Virus record (IMG/VR): IMGVR_UViG_3300025168_000032
Location: 64,001 to 128,000 of that record
Reading direction: 5' to 3' (one strand)
DNA: 64,000 bases
Origin: a virus
Of this stretch, positions 45,378-55,937 are shown piece after piece (position 1 is the stretch's first letter; each line of letters opens with the position of its first letter). Position numbers and translations under genes: made by a program. Under the pieces are notes generated by a model. The model was not told where the DNA came from. It saw nothing but the letters and a program-made list of their open reading frames with translations, and did no database searches.

Positions 45378-47921
45378 ATGGCAATATCTGCTGCGGAACT
45401 GCTAAAAGCAATAGAAGAATTAAAAATAAACGACCCCAGTGGTTATAAAAAGCTCCAAAAAGCTTTTGGGGGTGATTCGTCAAATGTATTAAATACGGCA
45501 GGCCTTGACTCCAAACAGACCCAGCAAATGATAAAAGATGCTATGGCGTTGGCTGACCAAGAAGAGAGATTAGCAAGACTTTATAACGATTCAGCAGCCG
45601 CGAGAAAAGCAGCCCATGATAAATATATGACCTATAGCAAATTAGAAGAAGAAGCTTACCAAGATAACGAGGGAAATATCAAGCGAATCTCAGAACAATT
45701 GGGAATGAGCGCAGACGCAGCAAGCAAACTTGGGGGCGAACAAAAGAAAGCGGCTACGATAAGAGCCCTTGCAGCCGAAAGAGGTATTGAGATTACAGAG
45801 CAAGAGCTTGATAGAATGAAAGCCCTGTCAGATCAATACAGGACCCTTGGGCCACTACACGAGAAAGGACTGGCAGCAGGTAAAAAGCACTTTGGTGCCC
45901 TTGGAAGAATGATGGGAGTATCCACAAACGGATATGCAAATTCCATTTTTGGAAAAATGGCAGAAATAGGGGCGATCGCTTCTACTCCGAAAGGAATGCA
46001 GGGTCTGGTTGAAGCATTTAGAGCAACGATTAATGTCGCAAACGCAGCCGCTGCCATATTCTCCAAAATGATTTCCAATACGACGCTGTTTTTTACTGAA
46101 ATAGATAATGCTGCATCAAGCTTGGCAGCGTACACAGGTAACGGAGATCGAGCAACAGAAAGCATAGGTAGACTTTCCGCTGCAAACAGGATAAACGGAA
46201 TCTCAACAGCCCAAGTGGGAAAAGCCATCCAAGGCTTGACTGATAACTTTGGCGGCTTCATGACGATGGGTGCGAAGACCAAAGACGTCATGATTCAATC
46301 AGCCGCCCAGTTGGCTAAAATAGGTGTTTCTGCACAAGATTCAGGACAGTTGATGAGCTTTTTCGCAAAAGGTATGGGCCACTCTGCTGAAAAGTCAGCC
46401 CAGTTAACTAAGAACGTTGCCATGATGGGAAAACAAATGGGAATAAATGCTAGTAAGTTTGCCAAGGGCCTTAACGCCTCTTTACAAACCCTAGCAGTTT
46501 ACGGAGACAAATCAGTTGAAGTTTTTTCTGGTTTAGCCGCTGCTGCTGCCACTGCTAGTGTTGAAGTCGGAAGCCTGCTGGCATTGGCTAATAAGTTCGA
46601 TACGTTTGAAGGTTCTGCTAAGACTGTTGGTAAATTGAATGCCATTATGGGAACCCGGTTAAACGCAACAGATATGATGATGGGGGAAGAAGACGAAAGA
46701 ATAGAGACTTTGATCCAGACCGTTCAATCAACGGGGATAGATTTCAAAGATATGAACAAGTTTCAGAAAAAAGCAATCGCGAATGCAGCCGGAATAACAG
46801 ACATGAATGAGGCAATGAGAATTTTCGGGATGAACATGGGTCAGTACAAAAACTTCTCCAAAGCGCAATCTTTAGCCCAAGAACAACAAGAAGAATTAAA
46901 TAAAAGAATGCAGGACGCTACTCCTACTTTGTTGAAGATAAAGATGATGTTTGCCGAACTAGTAATTGCTATTGATCCACTTGTCGATAAAATATCAGAA
47001 GGAGTAACAGCAGTTCATAAGTTTATTACTGAAAACAAAGTATTGGTCCTAAACACAGTAAAATTTATCGGGGTTTTTGCTGGGCTATTCTTGGCATTTA
47101 AAACTTTCACGTTTTTGGCTGGTATTCTATCCGCTGGGGCACTACCAGCACTGGCAGCAGGGATGTTGGGATTAGCACCAGCAAGTGCAGCCGCAGCCGG
47201 TGGAATCACAACTGTAGCAACCGGTGTTGCGGGCGCTATGGGTATTTTAGCGACTGGTATTGCTGCTGCTGGTGCCGGGATGATGGCTGCTCTACCTGCT
47301 ACTGGTTTGTTTGTACTTGTAATGGGAGCATTGGGCTTAGCGTCTTTGGCGGTTGGTATGGGTATTGCGCTAGCAGCAGGGAGCATAGCGGCGCTTGTTG
47401 GCGTGTTGATATACGCGGTAACGTCTGGTGCAATTGGGTCGATTTTAGAGGGTATGGTTGCCCTACAAACAACTGCTATGGTCTTGGGTGTATTTGGGAG
47501 TCTAGCTGCTCTTGGAATCGGAGCCATGGCTTTGGCTATGGGCGGCTTGGCACTAGCGATGTATGCCTTGCCCTTAGAGAGACTTTCTTCTTTGGCTATA
47601 TTCGCCAAAGGAATGGCAGAAATGGAAAACAACAATGTTGAGTCGTCATTCAAGGCAGCAACCACCTTTGTGGCAGACTTAAACACAAACAGCGAAAACA
47701 TAAAACCAATGCTACAGAACATAGCACTAATGACAACAGGCGTTTCAGCAGAATCTGGCGCGATGGGTCTTTTAGGTGCTGCCATAATTAGTGTCGGGAA
47801 AGCGGTTGGGGATATTGCAAAAAAAGACCAGAAAGAAATGCTGATAAAGCTAGACGGTGAGGCGACTACCAAACTCATGCGTGGAGAGGCTGTAAAAGTA
47901 GCAGTAGGAACTGGTTATTAA
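45378..47921 (+). CDS. Tape measure protein
   Basis: 847 aa, helical and A/G-rich with hydrophobic C-terminal repeats; follows the chaperones. Confidence 0.8.
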   Translation: MAISAAELLKAIEELKINDPSGYKKLQKAFGGDSSNVLNTAGLDSKQTQQMIKDAMALADQEERLARLYNDSAAARKAAHDKYMTYSKLEEEAYQDNEGNIKRISEQLGMSADAASKLGGEQKKAATIRALAAERGIEITEQELDRMKALSDQYRTLGPLHEKGLAAGKKHFGALGRMMGVSTNGYANSIFGKMAEIGAIASTPKGMQGLVEAFRATINVANAAAAIFSKMISNTTLFFTEIDNAASSLAAYTGNGDRATESIGRLSAANRINGISTAQVGKAIQGLTDNFGGFMTMGAKTKDVMIQSAAQLAKIGVSAQDSGQLMSFFAKGMGHSAEKSAQLTKNVAMMGKQMGINASKFAKGLNASLQTLAVYGDKSVEVFSGLAAAAATASVEVGSLLALANKFDTFEGSAKTVGKLNAIMGTRLNATDMMMGEEDERIETLIQTVQSTGIDFKDMNKFQKKAIANAAGITDMNEAMRIFGMNMGQYKNFSKAQSLAQEQQEELNKRMQDATPTLLKIKMMFAELVIAIDPLVDKISEGVTAVHKFITENKVLVLNTVKFIGVFAGLFLAFKTFTFLAGILSAGALPALAAGMLGLAPASAAAAGGITTVATGVAGAMGILATGIAAAGAGMMAALPATGLFVLVMGALGLASLAVGMGIALAAGSIAALVGVLIYAVTSGAIGSILEGMVALQTTAMVLGVFGSLAALGIGAMALAMGGLALAMYALPLERLSSLAIFAKGMAEMENNNVESSFKAATTFVADLNTNSENIKPMLQNIALMTTGVSAESGAMGLLGAAIISVGKAVGDIAKKDQKEMLIKLDGEATTKLMRGEAVKVAVGTGY

Positions 47922-47935
47922 AAAGAGGATAGAGA

Positions 47936-48499
47936 ATGTCATACGGTGATTTTTTAAATAGTAAGAGCCAAAAATTAAAAATAGAAAGTGCTATAACGGA
48001 TATTGAAGTGCATTTTAAGGCATTCTTAAATGATCTTTCCCAAACATTTCAATCGAATTGGCAGACCGAAGATGTGTACGGTCGTAATGACCCCATCGCT
48101 ACATTCGCCTCTACAAAGAGAACTATAAGTTTATCTTGGGATGTACCGTCCAAAGACGCCAGTGAGGCTAAAGATAACCTTGAGAATTGTAACAAGTTAA
48201 TTGCGATGGCTTATCCGGCCTATACTCCTTCTGGGGTAACAGGTATAGGAATTATTGCTAAAAACCCACTAGTTAAAGTAAAATTTGGTAACCTTGTTTG
48301 TGATTCGGACGGTGACCCTTTACTTGGGTGGATGGATTCTATAAATTGGAAACCTGCGTTGGATATGGGGATGTTTAATCCATCAGCAGGGAAATTCTAT
48401 CCAAAAGTTATTTCGCTTTCATTTAACCTCAATGTGCTGCATCAAGAATCCCTTGGACAAGAGAAGAAGGCCACCAGAAAGTTCCCATTTAAAATTTAG
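47936..48499 (+). CDS. Tube initiator/baseplate protein (gp48/54-like)
   Basis: VYGRNDPI.TF..TKRTISLSW, PLVKVKFGNL. Confidence 0.65.
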   Translation: MSYGDFLNSKSQKLKIESAITDIEVHFKAFLNDLSQTFQSNWQTEDVYGRNDPIATFASTKRTISLSWDVPSKDASEAKDNLENCNKLIAMAYPAYTPSGVTGIGIIAKNPLVKVKFGNLVCDSDGDPLLGWMDSINWKPALDMGMFNPSAGKFYPKVISLSFNLNVLHQESLGQEKKATRKFPFKI

Positions 48500-48505
48500 G
48501 AGATA

Positions 48506-48841
48506 ATGATGTCAAGGTATATAAGTAGAATGACAGCAATTAATGATTATGAGCAATATGACGATATACTCGATGAGCGAGGCGTTAAGAATATAGAACA
48601 ATATAGAACTCCCGTGTTGAAGTATTTCGATGATGACAACGTGAGAGAAGTTGATTATATAAACTATGTCTGGAAGGGTGGCGATACGTTTTGGAGATTA
48701 GCTAAAAAATACCTAAATAGCCCTAAAAATTGGTGGGTTATAGCATCTTTTAATAGAAAACCAACGGAGGCTCATGTCGAGGCCGGAGAGGTGATAAAAA
48801 TTCCTCTTTCTCTTGCACAAGCACTACAGGTGATTGAATAA
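48506..48841 (+). CDS. LysM-like baseplate protein (gp53-like)
   Basis: YVWKGGDTFWRLAKKY...WWVIASFN...GEVIKIP. Confidence 0.8.
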   Translation: MMSRYISRMTAINDYEQYDDILDERGVKNIEQYRTPVLKYFDDDNVREVDYINYVWKGGDTFWRLAKKYLNSPKNWWVIASFNRKPTEAHVEAGEVIKIPLSLAQALQVIE

Positions 48842-51800
48842 TGGCTTCCGAAGTATATAAACATTGGCAAAAAATCTACAAAGAAGGCACCGACACTCAG
48901 GTCACTTCTTATAAAACACTGCATGGCTCAAGACTAGATTCTCTTGACGATCTTCCCCCTGATGTCTATGCATACGCATTAAAGAAATACACAGAATCAA
49001 AAAACTGGGGTTGGTTTTCCACAAAAGCAACTGAAATGCCGCCAATGAGCGATGACGACTACAAGTGGTCTATAAAACAAGCATTCAACACTAACAATAA
49101 AGATGTAAAAGCCTCCGAGTGGCATGAGATTTTAAGATATCAGTGGTTTAGGTTTAAGTCTATAGGACTTACTAAATATTCACAAATGCACCTTAACTGG
49201 TTTCTGTTGTGGTTTAAATATCCACACGAAACAGTCTCCATAGGAAACGTTGGTGGAGGATTGGCCAACAGTGCAACGAAAATAAAAAATAAAGCACTAC
49301 AGGCTAAATATCTGGATCTCATTATCTCGAAAAAAGAAACTGGTATTACCAAGTTCATTGGTAAGTTGTCCCCAAAACAATTTTCGAAAGATGTGAAAAC
49401 TAAAGTAGAGTCATTATTGCAATCTCCCGTTGATATCGTAGCACCAGCGTTAATTGTCGGCCCCAAGTCTGACTACACCATCAGTGCTGTTAAGGTAGCT
49501 GGAACGATAGAGACAGTAAAAGGAAACGCTTTTCACTTAACGACAATAGATACGAAACATGATAGTGATAAGGCGTCATGGTTTGAAAAAACCTCGAAGG
49601 CAGCGGTTGAGGGGTTCGCTTCAGGGGTTTTTGGAATAACTCTAAATTTAGAAAACCTTGTTGACCGATATCAGGATGCTAAAAACCCAAATGACATTAC
49701 TAACAGAAAGTGGGTTAGTAGCCCCGCTGGATTTTCAGCAAAATATCGCGGTGTTGATGCAAAATTTGAAGCAGCCATAACAAAGGGCCTAGAAGCAATG
49801 CCGGGGCTTTCAAAGTTTTTTGTAAAGGGGCAAGAAGGAACAGGAAAAACCACAGAACACATATACAAGTGGAAATTGGAAGCTGGATTGAAGGGCGTAA
49901 ATGACTTAAGGGATCTGCCTGAAAAAAAGGGTATTTCAAAAGAATTGTTTGATGCTATTGAGGCAGAGCTTAATGGGCAATACTTGAAATTTATGGATAA
50001 ATTAGATTGGACGACATTCCTGAATAAAGAAAAACTGGCTAAAGGAGAGCAACTAGATTATTCTGGTGATACCCAGATGCAGAAATATGGAAATGCCGCA
50101 GATCAAGCCGCTGATGTTATTGCAAAATTATATGCGTCAGCACGACAAAGAGTCTTATTAGAGGAGTTTATATCAGATTTAGGTAAAGATTCCACCGCAG
50201 CAGAAAAAGCAGCCAAAGCAAAAGACCCAAATGCCTCTTTGACAGCAGAGCAGATAAGTGCCCTTGGGGCGGCTTCGATGACGGACGCTCAAGCGGCTTC
50301 AGACAAAAGACTCGCAGATGGAATCGCATCCGCCTCAAAAGCAAGTAACAGAGTTAACGAGATGCCCCCCGAAGCAGATAAGTTAACTGAAGACGAAATA
50401 AACGAGAAAAGAAAGTATGTTAAACAATGTGCTTTAATCTTAAACTTCTCTGATTTGAAAATGAAATATGAAGAAAAGAGACTTGACGACCGTAAGGCAA
50501 AACGAGGAGCGCACAAAACTGCTTGGTTTGACAATAGGTTCATTATGGTTGACACTAACAAATTACGTAGAAGGGATATCTTGAATCAATTATTTGTTCC
50601 AAAGATGGAAGATATTGAGCCGTTTATGAAATTGACACCTGATTTAGTTTCCGCTCTTACTCCGAAGATAAGGTTGTTTAAAATTTGGAATGAGGGATGT
50701 GACCTTCATCAGCAAGAAATAGCTTTTCCTAACTTCGAAGACCCAAGCAGAATAAGCGCTCTCCGTAACCTAAAAGCTGGAATTGATCGGGGGAATGGTA
50801 GTGGTATAAAAAGTTTGAATTGGACTTATGAAGGAACAAACCCAGCGGAAGCAAGATCTGCAATAGGTATGGAATTGACATTATTTTTTCAAAGTTTCGA
50901 AGAAATAATAAAAAAACGCGACAACGGCTCGTCGGAATATAGATATGTTGATTTACTGCTTCATCCGGAGAGCACCAAAACAAAATCTAAAAAAGATCAA
51001 GGATCTTTCAACCCCTACGCACAACAGAACTCTGAAAATTACAGAGTAAGAGTAGATGTAGGCTGGCAGAACATAACAGGTAAAGTAAGAGAACTCTTTA
51101 ACAGGAGAGGTGATTTAGGAATAACGGCTGATAATGTTAACGATGCAATCAACAGAATAAACAAAAGCTTTTATTTAACATTGGTTGACCACGAGATGGA
51201 CATAAAAGAGAATGGAAATATCGAAATAAAAGCCAGTTATCGCGCCTATACTGAAACTGCACTACAAGATAAACATATAGATGCTCTAGCGTCTCCAATG
51301 ATAATTGGACACAGGGCCCAATTCGGAACAGAACTACAAAAACTAATTAACGATGGCGATTGTAGCGTCGACCAATATAAAGAACTAAGAGCAACATATG
51401 CTGCCATCGATGACGAATTTAGAATCGCCGCTTATCGCTCAATTATGAAAAGAATGATGATGAGAGGGCATGTTCATTTTTGCAAAATGAATAGAGATCA
51501 AATAGGTGGTGGTTTTAAATTAAAAGGCGGAAAAGTCTTTGAAGGTGCTCCAAAGCTGGAATGGCCCAACAACAAGGGTACATACGGAGACGCTAAACTT
51601 AAAGACCACACCAGTGGCAAATCGAAAACACCACCTCCGAAAAAAGAGGCCGCAGAAAAAGTAGAAAGTGCTGAAAAGGTCAAAAAGGCTGCTGACGCTG
51701 CAAAAAAGACGCTAACAAAACCAGAAGAGAAAGATCTGAAGTCTACAAGGACATTCGAACAATTACCATCTTTAAAAGACGCGGAAGACACAGTGAGCTT

Positions 51801-53439
51801 TTTCTTCTTAGGAGATCTGATTCACACAGTATTGGACGCGATGCACTATCCTAAAAATAGAGTTACTGACAAAATAGATCCAAAAGCATTTGAAAACTTT
51901 GATTCTAAAAGTAACCAAGAAGTAGGTAAAAGAATATGTCATTTAAAAAATATAAACATTCTTTTACCAAGTTTCGATTACATAGAAAAAAAACCAAAAG
52001 CACGAAGTGCTGTAATTCCTATGAATGTTGCCGAGATCCCTGTCGCTGTTGATTACTTTCTTGAATTCATGACACAGCAAGTAATCAAAGGAGAAAGAAA
52101 ATCATACCCTGTCATGGATATGATAAGAGACCTAACAAGAAACCTCGTAGTAGATATTCTTAGCGAAAAGTGCCATGACCTTAAAGACGTTAAAAAAACT
52201 GACTTCTCACACACTGCGTTTGTAGGTTCTGGTAATAACGGTGGAGACCCGCTAAGAGGATTAAGGAGTGGTAAAGATGGTATTATTTATACCGATAAAC
52301 ATTTCAAAAAAGGTGGTGGATTACCGATTAAGGCAGTAGAGTCCAATATGCATTCTAAAGATTTCCAGCAGTATCTTGTTTTATACCCCAAGCAAGGGAC
52401 CGACAAATACAACGGTTCAGGTAATCTAAAAGAAGATGCAAAAGCGGGAGTATATCATTACGAGATTGGAGCGAGAGCAGGTCTTCTAAAAAAGATAAAG
52501 TTCACCAAAACAGATATGGTATACTTGAGGGAATCTAGGTTTATCGAGCAAGGTAATGACGGTTTATTACAACTGGGAGCAGTATATCAAGCTAGCATTG
52601 ATATGATCGGTAACACGTTGTATTTTCCCGGAATGAATTTGTGGATAGAACCAACCTCTCTTGGGACAGGCCACGAAATGGACCCACGAAGACCCGGCTC
52701 GGCAGCAAACAAACTCGGATTTGGCGGTTACCATCAAATAATCAGAGTTTCTTGCGAAATCACTCCGGGCAAGTTTTCCACAAATGTTAAAGCATTATTT
52801 ACATATAGCGGTGATGGCGGCAAAGGTTATACCGGTAAAAAGAAGCCGGCTGTGAAACCAAAGGTTAAAGAGCCAGATAAGAGCGCTAAGAGTGGTGCTA
52901 GCAAGTTAGGCACAAAACCTAGCGGAGAAAAGCAAACAAGTGCAGAAAAAACGTATTGCAACGTATTTATAAACCACAGACAACAACAATTACAAGGGCT
53001 ATTTGCAGAGCAGTCAGCAGGCCTAAAAACAATTGGTTTGTCTGGACCTGCACCTACTGTTATTAATCTCGGGGGCGCAATAGGTGCCAGCACCGGGGTG
53101 GCGTCTGTATCTGAAACGGCCTCAAAGGCCGCTAAAGAAAAATTACCTAACGAGAATATGGAAAAGGACTCTAAGAAAGTAGATCCCGCAAAAGAATCTC
53201 CGTGGGGATGGGTTGCTGAGTCCGAAGAGCACGGTAGATGGGTCAAGATTGGTTGGAAATCGGGAGGTATGATATATGATGAGCAAGGGAACCCACTAGA
53301 GATAGTGAATCCGGCGCCACCATTTGCTGAAGCGTCCCGTCCTGATGCCTTTGATACGAGCGACGAAGAATCAGATAAAGATGCTATTAAGAGATTAGAG
53401 GAAGAAACTAAGGAACCAGAGTCATCTGACTTGGGCTGA
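48841..53439 (+). CDS. Large baseplate hub-like protein
   Basis: 1532 aa after LysM; late segment IDMIGNTLYFPG...GGYHQI..V.CEI..GKF.T.VKA resembles hub C-termini. Confidence 0.6.
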   Translation: MASEVYKHWQKIYKEGTDTQVTSYKTLHGSRLDSLDDLPPDVYAYALKKYTESKNWGWFSTKATEMPPMSDDDYKWSIKQAFNTNNKDVKASEWHEILRYQWFRFKSIGLTKYSQMHLNWFLLWFKYPHETVSIGNVGGGLANSATKIKNKALQAKYLDLIISKKETGITKFIGKLSPKQFSKDVKTKVESLLQSPVDIVAPALIVGPKSDYTISAVKVAGTIETVKGNAFHLTTIDTKHDSDKASWFEKTSKAAVEGFASGVFGITLNLENLVDRYQDAKNPNDITNRKWVSSPAGFSAKYRGVDAKFEAAITKGLEAMPGLSKFFVKGQEGTGKTTEHIYKWKLEAGLKGVNDLRDLPEKKGISKELFDAIEAELNGQYLKFMDKLDWTTFLNKEKLAKGEQLDYSGDTQMQKYGNAADQAADVIAKLYASARQRVLLEEFISDLGKDSTAAEKAAKAKDPNASLTAEQISALGAASMTDAQAASDKRLADGIASASKASNRVNEMPPEADKLTEDEINEKRKYVKQCALILNFSDLKMKYEEKRLDDRKAKRGAHKTAWFDNRFIMVDTNKLRRRDILNQLFVPKMEDIEPFMKLTPDLVSALTPKIRLFKIWNEGCDLHQQEIAFPNFEDPSRISALRNLKAGIDRGNGSGIKSLNWTYEGTNPAEARSAIGMELTLFFQSFEEIIKKRDNGSSEYRYVDLLLHPESTKTKSKKDQGSFNPYAQQNSENYRVRVDVGWQNITGKVRELFNRRGDLGITADNVNDAINRINKSFYLTLVDHEMDIKENGNIEIKASYRAYTETALQDKHIDALASPMIIGHRAQFGTELQKLINDGDCSVDQYKELRATYAAIDDEFRIAAYRSIMKRMMMRGHVHFCKMNRDQIGGGFKLKGGKVFEGAPKLEWPNNKGTYGDAKLKDHTSGKSKTPPPKKEAAEKVESAEKVKKAADAAKKTLTKPEEKDLKSTRTFEQLPSLKDAEDTVSFFFLGDLIHTVLDAMHYPKNRVTDKIDPKAFENFDSKSNQEVGKRICHLKNINILLPSFDYIEKKPKARSAVIPMNVAEIPVAVDYFLEFMTQQVIKGERKSYPVMDMIRDLTRNLVVDILSEKCHDLKDVKKTDFSHTAFVGSGNNGGDPLRGLRSGKDGIIYTDKHFKKGGGLPIKAVESNMHSKDFQQYLVLYPKQGTDKYNGSGNLKEDAKAGVYHYEIGARAGLLKKIKFTKTDMVYLRESRFIEQGNDGLLQLGAVYQASIDMIGNTLYFPGMNLWIEPTSLGTGHEMDPRRPGSAANKLGFGGYHQIIRVSCEITPGKFSTNVKALFTYSGDGGKGYTGKKKPAVKPKVKEPDKSAKSGASKLGTKPSGEKQTSAEKTYCNVFINHRQQQLQGLFAEQSAGLKTIGLSGPAPTVINLGGAIGASTGVASVSETASKAAKEKLPNENMEKDSKKVDPAKESPWGWVAESEEHGRWVKIGWKSGGMIYDEQGNPLEIVNPAPPFAEASRPDAFDTSDEESDKDAIKRLEEETKEPESSDLG

Positions 53440-53519
53440 CGTTTTCGCAGGAACCGGGTAGGGGTCTTTTTGACAACTGGAGTAGCGACGAATAGTTATG
53501 GTATGGAGGTACAATTTCA

Positions 53520-54746
53520 ATGGCTAGCAAATTTAAAGGAAGAAACTCAATAAAATCGAGTATAAAGTTATATTATGAAAGAAGCAACTTTCACCTTAAT
53601 GCATATAACGATTTTGAAATATCTAACAGTTTAAGAGATTTAACTTTTGGAGAATTCCAAATGTATGGCAGGGTTGATACAAATATGTTACCAGTCGTAC
53701 CTAAAGAGGATTTTTTAGTAAGCGTATCAGCACCACAGGCACAAGAGGAGGCAGTAAGGGTATTCGACTTTGTTTTTGAAGCCTTTCAGAATGTCCAAAG
53801 TGCTTTTAGAAACGCATGTTTGCTTAACAAAGTACCCCAAGACGATCCGTACTTATCGGTAATCAACGCTGTAAAGGGCTACGAAAGTCCAGTGGATTTG
53901 TATTCTCAATATATGGAAGACATGTTAAAGGTCTATGCAGAAACATATATTGTTGCCCAAAACCGAAGAGCAAATATTATTACAATTAATGACTACATGG
54001 GTGAACTTGTAAATTATTTGAAAGTTTTAACATCCACGCTTCCTCTTACATTCTCGTCTTGGCAAAAGACAAATAAATCATCGATTTTTACTTCTGGGCT
54101 AGCCATCAGCATCGCTGATCTAAGTATAGACAATGATGCTGTCAAAGATGTTAATTTTTTATCTAATCCGGCATTCCAATATTACCTAAATGTCTGTAAG
54201 CAAAACGGATTTAATGTATCTAAAAATTCTCCGTGGGTCATATTCGCTGATATAGATTCACAAGTTATGAAACAAAACCATTTGATCCAGAGGCTCATAA
54301 CATCCCCAGCTTCTTTATTTGCTAATAGATTTGATGATGCATATACATTAGATATACAATTATTAGAAGAGGTAATTACAAGAAACTATAATAAATTTGT
54401 ATTATTTTATCCTATAGAAAAAAAATATAGTACATGTAATAATAATAAATTAATATATAATATAATAAATAGAAATAATATTAATAGTATAACAGAATCT
54501 GTTAAGAAGTCAAGGATAATAAGTATTTATGCAAATATGAAAAATATTGAGGAAAATTACATATTTAGAAAAGCTGATCTCAATATTTTAATAAAAAATG
54601 CAAATAACTTTGCCACAAGATTTGACATCCAGAGAGCAATGGGATATATTAACGAAAGATTCCGGCAGACTTTTAAATCTAAGAACGGCGGGATCAACTC
54701 GATCATCAGATCAAATAAAAATTATGAAAATAGACGTGGAGGGTAG
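53520..54746 (+). CDS. Hypothetical protein
   Basis: 408 aa; GGAGGT RBS; abuts the polymerase gene. Confidence 0.7.
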   Translation: MASKFKGRNSIKSSIKLYYERSNFHLNAYNDFEISNSLRDLTFGEFQMYGRVDTNMLPVVPKEDFLVSVSAPQAQEEAVRVFDFVFEAFQNVQSAFRNACLLNKVPQDDPYLSVINAVKGYESPVDLYSQYMEDMLKVYAETYIVAQNRRANIITINDYMGELVNYLKVLTSTLPLTFSSWQKTNKSSIFTSGLAISIADLSIDNDAVKDVNFLSNPAFQYYLNVCKQNGFNVSKNSPWVIFADIDSQVMKQNHLIQRLITSPASLFANRFDDAYTLDIQLLEEVITRNYNKFVLFYPIEKKYSTCNNNKLIYNIINRNNINSITESVKKSRIISIYANMKNIEENYIFRKADLNILIKNANNFATRFDIQRAMGYINERFRQTFKSKNGGINSIIRSNKNYENRRGG

Positions 54747-55937
54747 ATGAACTTTCAAATTCTTGATGATAAAGTAGAATGCTTCGGAGTATATAGCAAT
54801 GGAAAATTTACATATGATAGAATACCTGATAATGTCACAGGAACTTGGCAATGGGATAAGCGGTTTGGTAATCGCGATATTCGTTATGCTAGCATTTATT
54901 CTGGTGGTGAATCCATTTCTAAAGCGGCTCCAGAGCATCTCCGACCAAGATTCGAAAAAAGAGAATCCAAAATCCGATCCTTCATCAACTCAGCATTGAA
55001 TGCGAAGATAAAACTTAGTGAACTTTGTTTATTCGAGGTTATTCCAGAGCAGCATTTGATGCACTATTGTGAAATCAAAAATGAAATATGCGAATGGATC
55101 TTCGAAAATAACCAACAGCCTCAAAATCACGGCTTTATGGTTGATTTACACCAGATGGCTAATGATATATCACGTAACCCTATCTTAGTCGACCAAAATG
55201 CCCTCAGAAAGGCATCCAAAACTGACTTGAAGGCAAATGCGCTGCTTAATTCACTAGGTGGCAAAAACAAGCCTATTTGCTATGATGTTTGGGGATCTAA
55301 GACAGGTAGGCTGACCACCAAACAGGGATCTTTCCCAATAATGAACCTGAAAAAAGAAATTGCGAATTGTGTTGTTCCGAAGAACCATGTTTTCGTTCAA
55401 TTCGACCTTAACGGTGCCGAGATTCGCACCTTTATTTCTCTATCTACGGACACCCATCCCTCTGTAGATATACACACATGGAATATGGAGAATGTACTTG
55501 AGAACGTAACGGAGCGAAACAAGGCTAAGAAGAAGTTTCTCGCTTGGTTCTATAACCCACACTCTGATGTTGTCCAGTCGGAACATTATGATCGCAACCT
55601 TTTGTTAAATAAATATTACAATGGTAACATGGTTTCAACTCCTTTTGGCAGAGAAATAGAGGCTGACGACTTCCATGCTTTGAATTACCTGCTACAATCG
55701 TCATCGTCAGACAATTGCATGACTCAGTGTATTAAGATAAATAAGTTCCTGACTAACAATAAGTCCTTTGTTCATTCGGTTGTGCATGATTCAATTACAA
55801 TTGATCTGGATTTTGCAGATCGAAATCTTCTACCACAAATTCAAGAGTTGTTTGAAGATACGCAATTGGGGTGGTTTAAATCTTCTGTGCAAGTTGGCCA
55901 CAATCTTCGCGATTTAAGGGAGATATCATGGTCTTAA
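54747..55937 (+). CDS. Compact family A DNA polymerase-like protein
   Basis: KTGRLTT, motif A FDLNGAEIR, motif B RNKAKKKFLAWFY, STPFGR, ALNYLLQSSSSD, motif C VHDSI. Confidence 0.82.
   Translation: MNFQILDDKVECFGVYSNGKFTYDRIPDNVTGTWQWDKRFGNRDIRYASIYSGGESISKAAPEHLRPRFEKRESKIRSFINSALNAKIKLSELCLFEVIPEQHLMHYCEIKNEICEWIFENNQQPQNHGFMVDLHQMANDISRNPILVDQNALRKASKTDLKANALLNSLGGKNKPICYDVWGSKTGRLTTKQGSFPIMNLKKEIANCVVPKNHVFVQFDLNGAEIRTFISLSTDTHPSVDIHTWNMENVLENVTERNKAKKKFLAWFYNPHSDVVQSEHYDRNLLLNKYYNGNMVSTPFGREIEADDFHALNYLLQSSSSDNCMTQCIKINKFLTNNKSFVHSVVHDSITIDLDFADRNLLPQIQELFEDTQLGWFKSSVQVGHNLRDLREISWS

Noticed and set aside
47015-47878. Long antisense ORFs (also 18941..19624, 25662..26093 and others)
   Set aside because: Shadows of Ala/Gly-rich + strand genes, with no RBS, promoter or motifs.
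37196-53439. Bacterial contractile injection system or tailocin
   Set aside because: Contiguous with terminase, portal, capsid and replication genes, so it is a phage tail.
53470-53502. TTGACA promoter before 53520
   Set aside because: No TAYATT-like -10 at 16-18 nt; AATAGTTA there may be a degenerate late motif, but support is weak.
54400-54620. Very AT-rich stretch as a replication origin
   Set aside because: Lies within an open Asn/Ile/Lys-rich reading frame, with no iterons visible.
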